Assembly: GCA_040388985.1 (NCBI GenBank) | Contig: JAZKAU010000001.1 | Location: 1 to 57,358 of the forward strand | Length of the DNA: 57,358 nucleotides | From: Patescibacteria group bacterium | GTDB lineage: Bacteria; Patescibacteriota; Minisyncoccia; Phycocordibacterales; Phycocordibacteraceae | Direction of reading: 5' to 3' | Shown here: one piece after another, positions 32,838-41,412 of the stretch | Position numbering within the stretch: position 1 is the stretch's first letter | How the letters are laid out: each line of letters starts with the position of its first letter | Notes under the pieces: model-generated | Told to the model about the DNA's origin: nothing | The model's database searches: none | Seen by the model: the letters and a program-made list of their open reading frames with translations, nothing else | Translations under genes and position numbers: made by a program

Positions 32838-35588
32838 ATGGCATTCGAAGGACCCGTACAACCGATAGCGACACCCGAGGACGAGCTTGCGTACCTGCGC
32901 GCTCAGATCGCAGCGAAGGAGGCGGAACTTGCAACTCTCAAGGAATCACGTCCGCGTGAAGAGATAGTGCACGAACGTCTCCTGCATCACCGCGAAGCTG
33001 CCCCTGAAGCGGTGCTTGCGCCGAGCTATCAGCTCACGAGCGAAGCGGCAAGCGCGCTCGCGCTCAACCTTGATCCTGAGAGCGATGACGATACGATGAG
33101 CGAGCTCAAGGGCATCATGGAGACCAAAGGCATCAAGAATGCCTTTGCAGTACTTGAGAAGCTGAACTCACCGCATCTCGAGGACGACTTCCATCGCTTT
33201 CTCGTCCAATATCTCTTAAAAGGTCAGCCCATAAACGGACTTGGTGAAAAGCAGCCGGCATGGAAGTCGCTTCACATGACCCTCTACGAGATAGCGCTTC
33301 CAGAAGTAAGCGCGGGAGAAGGGCAGGCCAAACCGCTCAAGGAGCTCATCTCCGCGATGGAGCAGTTCTACTCAGGCATGCTCGCCGTCGAGAAAGCATA
33401 TGCGAATGAGCCGGCATATTTCTCGCTCGAGCTTGCCGTGCCGGTCGATAGCGCGCATCTCATGTTCTATGCTGCAGTCCCCAATTCACGGCGCGATCTT
33501 TTCGAGAAGCAGATACTTGCCATTTTCCCGAATGCGAACATCGCGGCACAGCCGAACGACTACAACGTCTTCGTACAGGACGGCGTATCACTCGCGTCCA
33601 TAGCTTCATTCGCGAAGCCAGCCGCGCTGCCGCTCAAGGACTACGCTGATTTCGATTACGATCCGCTCAACTCGCTCCTGAATGCCTTCGCAAAGATTGC
33701 CCCAGAGAACGAGGGTGCATCGCTCCAGATTCTCATCCATCCCGAGAACGATCGACACGCCGATCACTATCGTCGCATCCTCGACCTTCTGCGCAAAGGT
33801 GATAATCGCGATTCAGCATTGCGCCACCCAGAATCGTTCTTCGGTGACGCGATGAAGGATCTTGGCTCGACATTCTTCGGGAACGCGAAGCATGAGGCGG
33901 AAGAACGCGAGCGCAGGCGCAGCATCAATGCCAATCAGTCGGACATCGAGCAGGTAGAGAAGAAGATGGCTGCTCCGCTCGTCTCGGTCAATATGCGCCT
34001 CGCCGTGTCATCCCAGGACGCCGGGCGTGCCGAACAGATACTCGGAGAGCTTGAAGCAGCGTTCCATCAATTCGAGAATCCGCTAGGGAACCGCCTCCAC
34101 TGGACCCGCATAGCGCGAGGCGCCCTTCGCCGCTTATTCCATGACTTTACGTTCAGGCTTTACGAGAGGAGTTCGGAGCTCGCCATGTCGCTTCGCGAGC
34201 TCACGACCCTCTATCACTTCCCGCCGAGCGGCATCGAATCCTCGCCGCACTTGAAGCAGTCGCGCGCCAAAGGTGCGGCAGCTCCTGCGGAGTTGCCGCG
34301 AGAGGGTCTTGTTCTTGGAACTAATACCTTCGGCGGGAAAGTCACCGAAGTACGTCTCGGCGATCAGGATCGCCTGCGCCATCTCTATGTTATCGGTCAG
34401 ACCGGTGCCGGAAAGTCCGGTCTGTTGCGCACGCTCCTTGATCAGGACATCAAGGCCGGTAAGGGCGTCTGCTTCATCGATCCGCACGGCAACGACATCC
34501 TCGACGTGCTCGCCGGCGTGCCGCCCGAGCGGTATGAGGATGTCATCTATTTCGATCCGGCTAATATAGACCGGCCGTTCGGCATCAATATGCTTGAGTA
34601 TGATCCGTCGCATCCCGAACAGAAGTCCTTCATCGTGAATGAGCTTCTTATGATCTTCCGCCAGCTGTATGGCGACGTGCCTGAATCCATGGGCCCGGCC
34701 TTCGAGCAGTATTTCCGCAACGCGACCCAGCTCGTCATGGAAGACCCGAGTTCCGGCTCGACCCTCATGGACATCGGTCGAGTACTCTCTAACAAGGCAT
34801 TCCGCGACCTCAAGCTTTCCCGTTCCATGAATCCTATCGTAAACCAATTCTGGACCGAGATAGCGACGAAGGCCGGAGGCGACGCGTCCCTCGAGAATAT
34901 CGTGCCGTACATCACGAACAAGTTCGACGAGTTCACTGCCAACGATTTCATGCGACCGATAATCGGCCAGCAGAATTCGTCGTTCAATTTCCGCGACGTG
35001 ATCGACTCCAAGAAGATATTGCTCGTGAACCTTTCCAAGGGTCGCTTAGGCGAGCGCAACGCCAACCTGCTCGGCCTCATCATCGTGGGCAAGCTGTTCA
35101 TGGCGGCGCTTTCGCGCGCCGACAATCCGCGCGCTGACTTCCCGCCGTTCTATCTCTATATCGACGAGTTCCAGAACATCACGACATCCTCGATTCCGGG
35201 CATTCTCTCTGAGGCCCGCAAATACAAGCTTTCGCTTACCATAGCGCACCAGTACCTGGCGCAGATCGATGAGAAGATACGGGACGCCGTCTTTGGAAAC
35301 GTGGGCTCAATGTCTATCTTCCGCGTGGGCCAGGAGGACGGGGAATTCTTTGGGAAGCTCTTCGAACCGACTTTCAGTGCAAGCGACTTCACCAATATTG
35401 AGAACAGGAACGCGTATGTGCGTATCCTTGCGAATGGCGTGCCACAGAAGCCGTTCAACATCCGCACGCTCGACTTGGCGCCTGGAAATCTCGACCAAGT
35501 GGACGACTTGCGCGAGCTTTCATACCTGACATACGGTCGGGACCGTGGTACCGTTGAAGCATCGATTAGAGAGCGCTATCTTTCCTAA
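32838..35588 (+). CDS. VirD4/TraD-family (type IV coupling protein-like) P-loop ATPase without an N-terminal TM anchor
   Basis: Walker A YVIGQTGAGKSG, then CFIDPHGND, Walker B FYLYIDEFQN, and LTIAHQYLAQI. The ~480-aa N-terminal region has no hydrophobic segment. Confidence 0.75.
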   Translation: MAFEGPVQPIATPEDELAYLRAQIAAKEAELATLKESRPREEIVHERLLHHREAAPEAVLAPSYQLTSEAASALALNLDPESDDDTMSELKGIMETKGIKNAFAVLEKLNSPHLEDDFHRFLVQYLLKGQPINGLGEKQPAWKSLHMTLYEIALPEVSAGEGQAKPLKELISAMEQFYSGMLAVEKAYANEPAYFSLELAVPVDSAHLMFYAAVPNSRRDLFEKQILAIFPNANIAAQPNDYNVFVQDGVSLASIASFAKPAALPLKDYADFDYDPLNSLLNAFAKIAPENEGASLQILIHPENDRHADHYRRILDLLRKGDNRDSALRHPESFFGDAMKDLGSTFFGNAKHEAEERERRRSINANQSDIEQVEKKMAAPLVSVNMRLAVSSQDAGRAEQILGELEAAFHQFENPLGNRLHWTRIARGALRRLFHDFTFRLYERSSELAMSLRELTTLYHFPPSGIESSPHLKQSRAKGAAAPAELPREGLVLGTNTFGGKVTEVRLGDQDRLRHLYVIGQTGAGKSGLLRTLLDQDIKAGKGVCFIDPHGNDILDVLAGVPPERYEDVIYFDPANIDRPFGINMLEYDPSHPEQKSFIVNELLMIFRQLYGDVPESMGPAFEQYFRNATQLVMEDPSSGSTLMDIGRVLSNKAFRDLKLSRSMNPIVNQFWTEIATKAGGDASLENIVPYITNKFDEFTANDFMRPIIGQQNSSFNFRDVIDSKKILLVNLSKGRLGERNANLLGLIIVGKLFMAALSRADNPRADFPPFYLYIDEFQNITTSSIPGILSEARKYKLSLTIAHQYLAQIDEKIRDAVFGNVGSMSIFRVGQEDGEFFGKLFEPTFSASDFTNIENRNAYVRILANGVPQKPFNIRTLDLAPGNLDQVDDLRELSYLTYGRDRGTVEASIRERYLS

Positions 35589-35592
35589 ATCT

Positions 35593-38500
35593 ATGTCTAA
35601 GAATGGAGAACCAGGATTTCCGCCGCCAGGAATAAGCGCATCCGGGAACGAGGGAGAGCCCAAAGAACTTCGGCGCGGAGCGCTCTATGAACGCGACGGT
35701 GACGTATATCTTGTCGTCCAAAGGCTGCCGGACGGTGAAGTGAGGATTCTGAAGGAGAAAGACGTTATAGGACAACATGAGTATGATGGCCCTAGTACGC
35801 TTAAGGAATTTCGGGAAGATGACATTCACAAGTTTGCTATGGCCTATAGGCCGGGCGCAAGCTATTCCGGAGAAACGCTCTCTATGGATTACTTTACGAA
35901 AGGCGCGAGCTATATTGGCTCACTTCCCGATCCCGCGATCAATTCCAGAGCTGAATTCCCAGATTATCCTTCAGGCACTACCGGAATTCTGAGTGAAGGC
36001 GGCGAACGGATCATGCTTCTTGGTTCTCCATACTTTGATACTAGTTACGATAAATGGATGGCCAGTGTCAAGAATTCTGATGAATCCAGACAACATAGGT
36101 TTATAGAAGATTTCAAACCTGATTCGGAAAAGCCACTTATTGTCGAGAAGCCACTTGTTTTACCGAAAATTCCCAAAGTTGCTGAAGAGATACCTCTCAT
36201 TGTCGAGAAGCCGATCATAGCTGAGGAGGTGCCTCTCATTCTTTCGACCACTCCTGAAGCGGTTGACACATCCGTAGAGAAAGAGCCGAAGCCGATCGGA
36301 TTCATCGATGAAGACAGGATTTACCGACTCGCGGATCCAAGCGAGCTTCCAAAAAAATTGGGATTCATGACCTACAATACGGAAAAGGGGAAAGGAGATA
36401 TATTAATGATCCGTGCACAGACTGATCCTGCAGATTCAGGAACGCCTGATTGGGTTGCCCTCGATGCGATCGTCTTCGTTGACGAGACGGAGCGCGCGAA
36501 ATACGAGAAATACAGAGGCTTGGGATACGTAAAAGTTAACGACAACAATGACATAATCTCTGATGATGAGGCAAATCAGCGTATGGGGCCTATCGTGCTG
36601 TCTCCCGAGGCTCTAGCCGCAGCCGAGGCATATAAGAAGGAAGTCGAGGAAGCCGATGCTCTGCGCACAAGGCTGCTTGATGTGAAAGGAAATGATGAAT
36701 CACGTGAAATTGATACAGCTGGTTACTACAAGCGTACCACCACCCAGATGATTATCTCGGCTAAGGGGAGGATGGAACATATGAAAACCCAAAGCGCGAC
36801 TTTGCCACCCTCGCTGAAAGCCGAATTTAACGGCGAGTTTGTGCAAATGCAAACAGGATTATCCCGAATCATAGCCTTGGACGCGGAACTGCAGAGACTG
36901 ATTGATTCGAAGGGAGCCAATACCGAAATCAATCACGATGCTTATCTAAATGAAATCGAGCTTTTTGTACTCAGCGAAGATAGATTGATAGGCATTCTCA
37001 AGAAAGGAACTGTTGATTCAGACTTGAATACGGATAGTACACCGCCGCTTCCTGAGTCCATTCCCCAGCCGCCCGTTGACCCTCTATGGCATCACGGGCC
37101 GCCGGGGCTGCACGATGATCCGACGTTTGACTCCTTGAAAGAGACCAAGGAGGGATTGAACCGGAGCGTGGAAGAACTGCAAGCGCTCCGCATAGATCAG
37201 CGGGAGGCAAACGTAGAAGAGTTCGCTGCTAAATACAACATCACTTTACAATATGTAGAGTTGCGTGCAATAGAACGTCAGGTCGCTGACGTGATACGAA
37301 AGCGAGGTACTAATGTCGTTCGCGTTCCTTTTAATACATTCAAATTACCGAAGGAGCTCCAAGAGGATTACACGGCAGCGCAGGCGGCATGGATCGCCGC
37401 GCTTGATGGAGCGGTGCCGAAATTCGATACGCCCACTAAAGAGCTGACGAAGGAGCAATATCAGGCATTGAGTCCCGAAGAGCGAGCACAGCGTCAGGAT
37501 CGTATTAAGGCAGAAATGATCGCTAAGCGCGATACGGTCATCCGTCCAGGTAAGCTGAAGACAGAGGCCTTGCGCGCGGGCCTCGATGAGCGTAGCCAGA
37601 AGCTCGCGGTACGGTTGATGCAATGGGCAAGCTTCGGAGCGACTGAACTTCTCCGGGAGGACGCGGCAGTATTCAAGGCAGGCTTCAAAGGGTACTCGAA
37701 ACTAGCTGAGAAGGTCGGAGGTCTTGGCGAAGGCGCTGCGCGAGGAGCGATGGCGGGTTATGAGTTGTTTGGGGGACAGGAGATAAGCGAAGAGCGAAAA
37801 GCTGCGGTCTCCTTGCGCGCGCGCCGTATCGTCGGCTCGGCTGCCATATGGAGCCTTTTGGTGCCGGTCGGCGTCGCCGCGGCAGGTACTGCGGGTATAG
37901 CCGCAGCCGCCGGTCTCGGTACCCTTTCTCTAACGGGTATGAGCGCGGCTGCGTTCGCTCGCATACTGCGCGGTGGTATCGGCATAGCGACCGGCGGCGT
38001 GGCAGGCGTAGGAGCAGGAAAGGCATACGAACGCACTATCGGGACGTATGCGCAGAAGAAGAACGAGACCTCTAGGCAGAATCTCACAGAGCTTTATAAG
38101 AAAGGTTCGCTTACGGACTTATTAGAAACCGCAAAGCGCACGGAAGCTGAAAAAATATATCAGAGAGGAAATACGGAAGCTCGAGAAGCGCGCACGCAGA
38201 GAGCCGCGAGCGGCCGGTCTCTCTTCGAGATGGGAGTGGCAGGAATAGTCGGAGGACTGGCGGCTTACGAATCGAGCGGCGTCATCAACAAGGATATGTT
38301 CGGCAGTCATTCCGCAGTGGATAAAGCCGTGGGAGACATACGGCGAACAGAAACCGGCAGCGCTACCGCATCGAGCGAAGCGGCTCCTGCTCCTAAGCCT
38401 ACGACAGATTCCCTCGTACGACCGCGAACAGAGGCCGTTTCTTCCTCTGCGAATCCGCCTGAACAGGCCGCTACGAGTGCTGCTCCGACCCCTGCTGCGC

Positions 38501-39627
38501 CGGAAGGGGTGACCAGCAATGTCTCGATAGAAAACGCTTCAGGAGAAGGCACGGATCAGCTCTTCAGAGAACTTAAGGCGGTAGCCGGAAAGCCAGGATT
38601 CGGAGGCGGTACGCATTCCGCTGCACTGAATCACCTCTTAGGAACGAATTCGAATGCGCTTTCCCGAGAAATGGGCGAGGCTTACGGCACGCGCGGAATG
38701 GTGACTCACGTTGGGGACAAGTTCATCATCGACAGCAAGCAGAATGTCTACTTCCAGGCGGCAGGCGGAGAGCCGCAGCTTTTCTTAGAGAATAACGATG
38801 CTAGCCCGAAGGGCTTCACCGTACATGAGATAGACGCGAAGCCGCTGCCTCCTATCGAACAGCAACAAGCGGCGCGAACTACACCAGCCAGAGCTCCGCA
38901 GCCTATAGAACGGCCCGCAGCACCCGCCGAAACGCAGCAGTCCCCATCTACAACTGCTCCGCAGGAAATCTCGAATGCTCCCGCGCCATCCCCAGAGGCG
39001 GTGGTACAAGATAGTGTGACCCCAGCGGCTTCTGTCGATGCCGTGAATGCAGTACCTGATCAACACGCAGATACCTCCGTGGTTGACGCTACGACTCCTG
39101 CGGATGCTATTGACGCGAGCAATGCCAGTACCGCGCCCGCCATTTCTCCTGACCAGGCACCTGCTGCGACGGAGCCGCTAGCAGCCGAACGTCCGGCAGT
39201 ACCTGCATCTTCAGAAGCGGTCACGACTCCTGCGGCAGATCACTCCGCTCCAGAGGCTCCAGCAAGCACGAGCAGTGCGCTTGAGCCGTATACCAATCCG
39301 CATGGAGAATTCATAGACCCGAGCAAGCCGGGCATGCATCCATGGAGGGTGCCGGGTACCAAGCTGACGTACCCGGTCATCTACGGAGGAGATGACGCTA
39401 CGAGGGCAGCGTGGGCCGATCAGTATCTCAAAGATAACCCTGGCACAGAGCAAGTTCTGACTACGTATACTGATCCATTAACGCATCAGACGTACCTGCA
39501 GCTGCATAAGCTAGGGCCTACCGGGCAGCCGCAACCGCCGATAGGAATGGTCTATTTCCCGGACACGGAGGAGGCTCTTCCGATTCCTGACCCGAAGGAC
39601 TTTCTAAAGATGAGATATAATATATGA
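35593..39627 (+). CDS. Giant hypothetical membrane protein (1344 aa)
   Basis: The ATG is 5 nt after the ATPase stop. It contains a PLIVEKP-type short repeat, coiled-coil-like regions, a central Gly/Ala-rich cluster of TM segments (IVGSAAIWSLLVPVGVAAAGTAGIAAAAGLG.., GGIGIATGGVAGVGAG, MGVAGIVGGLAAY), a long Pro/Ala/Thr-rich linker, and a C-terminal globular part. Confidence 0.75.
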   Translation: MSKNGEPGFPPPGISASGNEGEPKELRRGALYERDGDVYLVVQRLPDGEVRILKEKDVIGQHEYDGPSTLKEFREDDIHKFAMAYRPGASYSGETLSMDYFTKGASYIGSLPDPAINSRAEFPDYPSGTTGILSEGGERIMLLGSPYFDTSYDKWMASVKNSDESRQHRFIEDFKPDSEKPLIVEKPLVLPKIPKVAEEIPLIVEKPIIAEEVPLILSTTPEAVDTSVEKEPKPIGFIDEDRIYRLADPSELPKKLGFMTYNTEKGKGDILMIRAQTDPADSGTPDWVALDAIVFVDETERAKYEKYRGLGYVKVNDNNDIISDDEANQRMGPIVLSPEALAAAEAYKKEVEEADALRTRLLDVKGNDESREIDTAGYYKRTTTQMIISAKGRMEHMKTQSATLPPSLKAEFNGEFVQMQTGLSRIIALDAELQRLIDSKGANTEINHDAYLNEIELFVLSEDRLIGILKKGTVDSDLNTDSTPPLPESIPQPPVDPLWHHGPPGLHDDPTFDSLKETKEGLNRSVEELQALRIDQREANVEEFAAKYNITLQYVELRAIERQVADVIRKRGTNVVRVPFNTFKLPKELQEDYTAAQAAWIAALDGAVPKFDTPTKELTKEQYQALSPEERAQRQDRIKAEMIAKRDTVIRPGKLKTEALRAGLDERSQKLAVRLMQWASFGATELLREDAAVFKAGFKGYSKLAEKVGGLGEGAARGAMAGYELFGGQEISEERKAAVSLRARRIVGSAAIWSLLVPVGVAAAGTAGIAAAAGLGTLSLTGMSAAAFARILRGGIGIATGGVAGVGAGKAYERTIGTYAQKKNETSRQNLTELYKKGSLTDLLETAKRTEAEKIYQRGNTEAREARTQRAASGRSLFEMGVAGIVGGLAAYESSGVINKDMFGSHSAVDKAVGDIRRTETGSATASSEAAPAPKPTTDSLVRPRTEAVSSSANPPEQAATSAAPTPAAPEGVTSNVSIENASGEGTDQLFRELKAVAGKPGFGGGTHSAALNHLLGTNSNALSREMGEAYGTRGMVTHVGDKFIIDSKQNVYFQAAGGEPQLFLENNDASPKGFTVHEIDAKPLPPIEQQQAARTTPARAPQPIERPAAPAETQQSPSTTAPQEISNAPAPSPEAVVQDSVTPAASVDAVNAVPDQHADTSVVDATTPADAIDASNASTAPAISPDQAPAATEPLAAERPAVPASSEAVTTPAADHSAPEAPASTSSALEPYTNPHGEFIDPSKPGMHPWRVPGTKLTYPVIYGGDDATRAAWADQYLKDNPGTEQVLTTYTDPLTHQTYLQLHKLGPTGQPQPPIGMVYFPDTEEALPIPDPKDFLKMRYNI

Positions 39628-39947
39628 CCATGACGCAACCGACGAAACAGGAATCTGAGACTCTTCTGAAGGCCCTTGATCTGACCGAGCTCCCGGTAGA
39701 GGAACAGGAGGAGTTATTGCTTGAGTTCAACTCGCTCGTCTTCGAAGGCACGATGCTGCGCCTCATAGACCGGATGGACGAGCCTACGCGGGAGGCCTTT
39801 GAAGCGCTCCTGGAAACCGACCCCTCGGACGACCAGGTCGAGGCATTCTTGGCTCTAAAAGTGCCTGATGTCGATTCTATAGTAGAAGAAACCCTTGCCG
39901 ACATCCGCAATGATATACTTTCCGTAACCGGCGAAGGCAGGGATTAA
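39624..39947 (+). CDS. Small acidic hypothetical protein (107 aa)
   Basis: ATGA overlap with the giant gene's stop. The product is highly acidic and looks helical. Confidence 0.6.
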   Translation: MTMTQPTKQESETLLKALDLTELPVEEQEELLLEFNSLVFEGTMLRLIDRMDEPTREAFEALLETDPSDDQVEAFLALKVPDVDSIVEETLADIRNDILSVTGEGRD

Positions 39948-39949
39948 CA

Positions 39950-40510
39950 TTGAATATCGCATTTCCTATGAATACTATGCAGATTACGTCTACCGGCATT
40001 GCCGTAGCTCTGGCGGTCGTGGTCGCGCTCGGCCTCTTGTTCTTCGGCCCGCGCGTACTCGCGCCGTTCTCGCCCGCGGCAAGCTCCCAGAGCCAGACGG
40101 CAGCAGCTACTGATATACAAACCTCAACCACTACCACTACCACTATGACCACGTCCGCACCTATACCATCTCCGCTTCCGACTGAATTAACGAAGATCGA
40201 CGAAGTCGTAGGTACCGGAGCTGTCGCTGCCGCAGGTACGCAGGTGACCGTGAATTACGTCGGCATGCTTCCTGACGGCACCGTCTTCGATGCCTCAGCA
40301 AAGCATCCTGAGACACAGGCAGGCTTCTCGTTCCCGCTCGGCGGAGGAAAAGTTATCCAGGGATGGGACCAAGGAGTCGTCGGTATGAAGGTGGGCGGTA
40401 AGCGCCGACTGATCGTACCTCCCGGCATGGGATACGGCGCGAACGACTACGGACCGATTCCAGGGAATTCCACGCTTATCTTCGACATCGAACTCCTGAA
40501 GGTTCAATAG
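39950..40510 (+). CDS. Membrane-anchored FKBP-type peptidyl-prolyl isomerase
   Basis: VTVNYVGMLPDGTVFDAS, GKVIQGWDQGVVGMKVGGKRRLIVPPGMGYG and LIFDIELL. TTG start at 39950; alternative ATGs at 39968 and 39977. Confidence 0.85.
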   Translation: MNIAFPMNTMQITSTGIAVALAVVVALGLLFFGPRVLAPFSPAASSQSQTAAATDIQTSTTTTTTMTTSAPIPSPLPTELTKIDEVVGTGAVAAAGTQVTVNYVGMLPDGTVFDASAKHPETQAGFSFPLGGGKVIQGWDQGVVGMKVGGKRRLIVPPGMGYGANDYGPIPGNSTLIFDIELLKVQ

Positions 40511-40550
40511 CCCCGGGCCCTTGGTACTCCTGCTGAGTATATAAAAAGAG

Positions 40551-40592
40551 CCGCCGGCGAGAACAACTAGTGTTCCGCCGGCGGTATGTTTT
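40551..40592. terminator. Bidirectional hairpin terminator between the FKBP gene and the lipoprotein gene
   Basis: CCGCCGGCG(A)GAACA-ACTAG-TGTTCCGCCGGCGG, followed by TATGTTTTTT. Confidence 0.6.
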
Positions 40593-40614
40593 TTCCCTGT
40601 CGGGAAGAGGGAGG

Positions 40615-41232
40615 TCAGTCCCCCTTGTGGTGACGCCGGCGCCGCTGCGGGCGCGGTTCGTCACCGCGGGGTTCGGAATTGCCCCAGGCCTTGCCGGCGG
40701 TCACGACTTCGACGAACGTACCGATGTACTTGTCGTCCTTGAAGTCGACCGACGGGTCGCCCGAGAGTCCTTCCTTCTTGGACTCGTCCCAGAAGTCGCG
40801 CGTGCACATGCCGATGGCACTTGCCGCGCTCGAGGCACCGACGGTGGCGTTATTGATGCCGCCGCCGACCGCGCCCGGGATCGCGCCGTACCCCGCGTAC
40901 TGGAGGGTCTTGGCAGCCGCGCCGAAGGCCGTGTGGGCCGCGGGGCCCACGCTGCCGCCGCTGATTGCGCCGGGGAGCACGCCATTCACGAACGACTGTC
41001 CGGGACCGGCCACCTGGTGGTGGACCTGCCCCTGGCAGCTGGTCGAGAGGAACGTGATCTCCTTCACTGCTTCCAGCGGCGGAACGCCGCCGTTGACCCG
41101 GGGATGCTGGACGATCGCAACCTGCGCGAGCGGCGCGCTGCTGAAGCCCGCGAACTGCGTGCTAGCGCAGCCCGAGAGCATCGGCCCCATTGCGAATGCC
41201 ATGAACATGGCGAGGATCCTGAAAAGACGCAT
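40615..41232 (-). CDS. Glycine-zipper-rich lipoprotein in a visibly G+C-rich insert
   Basis: Signal peptide plus the lipobox MLSGC. Gly/Ala-rich segments follow (GAISGGSVGPAA.., GYGAIPGAVGGGINNATVGASSAA). Third codon positions are strongly G/C, unlike the neighbouring genes. Confidence 0.7.
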   Translation of the reverse strand: MRLFRILAMFMAFAMGPMLSGCASTQFAGFSSAPLAQVAIVQHPRVNGGVPPLEAVKEITFLSTSCQGQVHHQVAGPGQSFVNGVLPGAISGGSVGPAAHTAFGAAAKTLQYAGYGAIPGAVGGGINNATVGASSAASAIGMCTRDFWDESKKEGLSGDPSVDFKDDKYIGTFVEVVTAGKAWGNSEPRGDEPRPQRRRRHHKGD

Positions 41233-41412
41233 GACGATCTCCTACCACTGAACCCCGTGGTGCGGGCGGGATAATCCCGAGTATTGAGAGCAGGTGACAA
41301 GCCGTTAGAACCATGCCACACCCTACCTTTATAGCATATTAACAGGCACTGTCAAGCTTTACAGAGCACAGGTTAGCTTGCGTAGAATATGGCCTGGATA
41401 TAGGCTAAATCA

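Noticed and set aside
40570-41274. Plus-strand ORFs of 234 and 190 aa (40570-41274 and 40679-41251) opposite the lipoprotein gene
   Set aside because: The products are Arg/Ala/Gly-rich with no features. The minus-strand frame has a signal peptide, a lipobox and coherent composition. The open alternative frames are a side effect of high GC.
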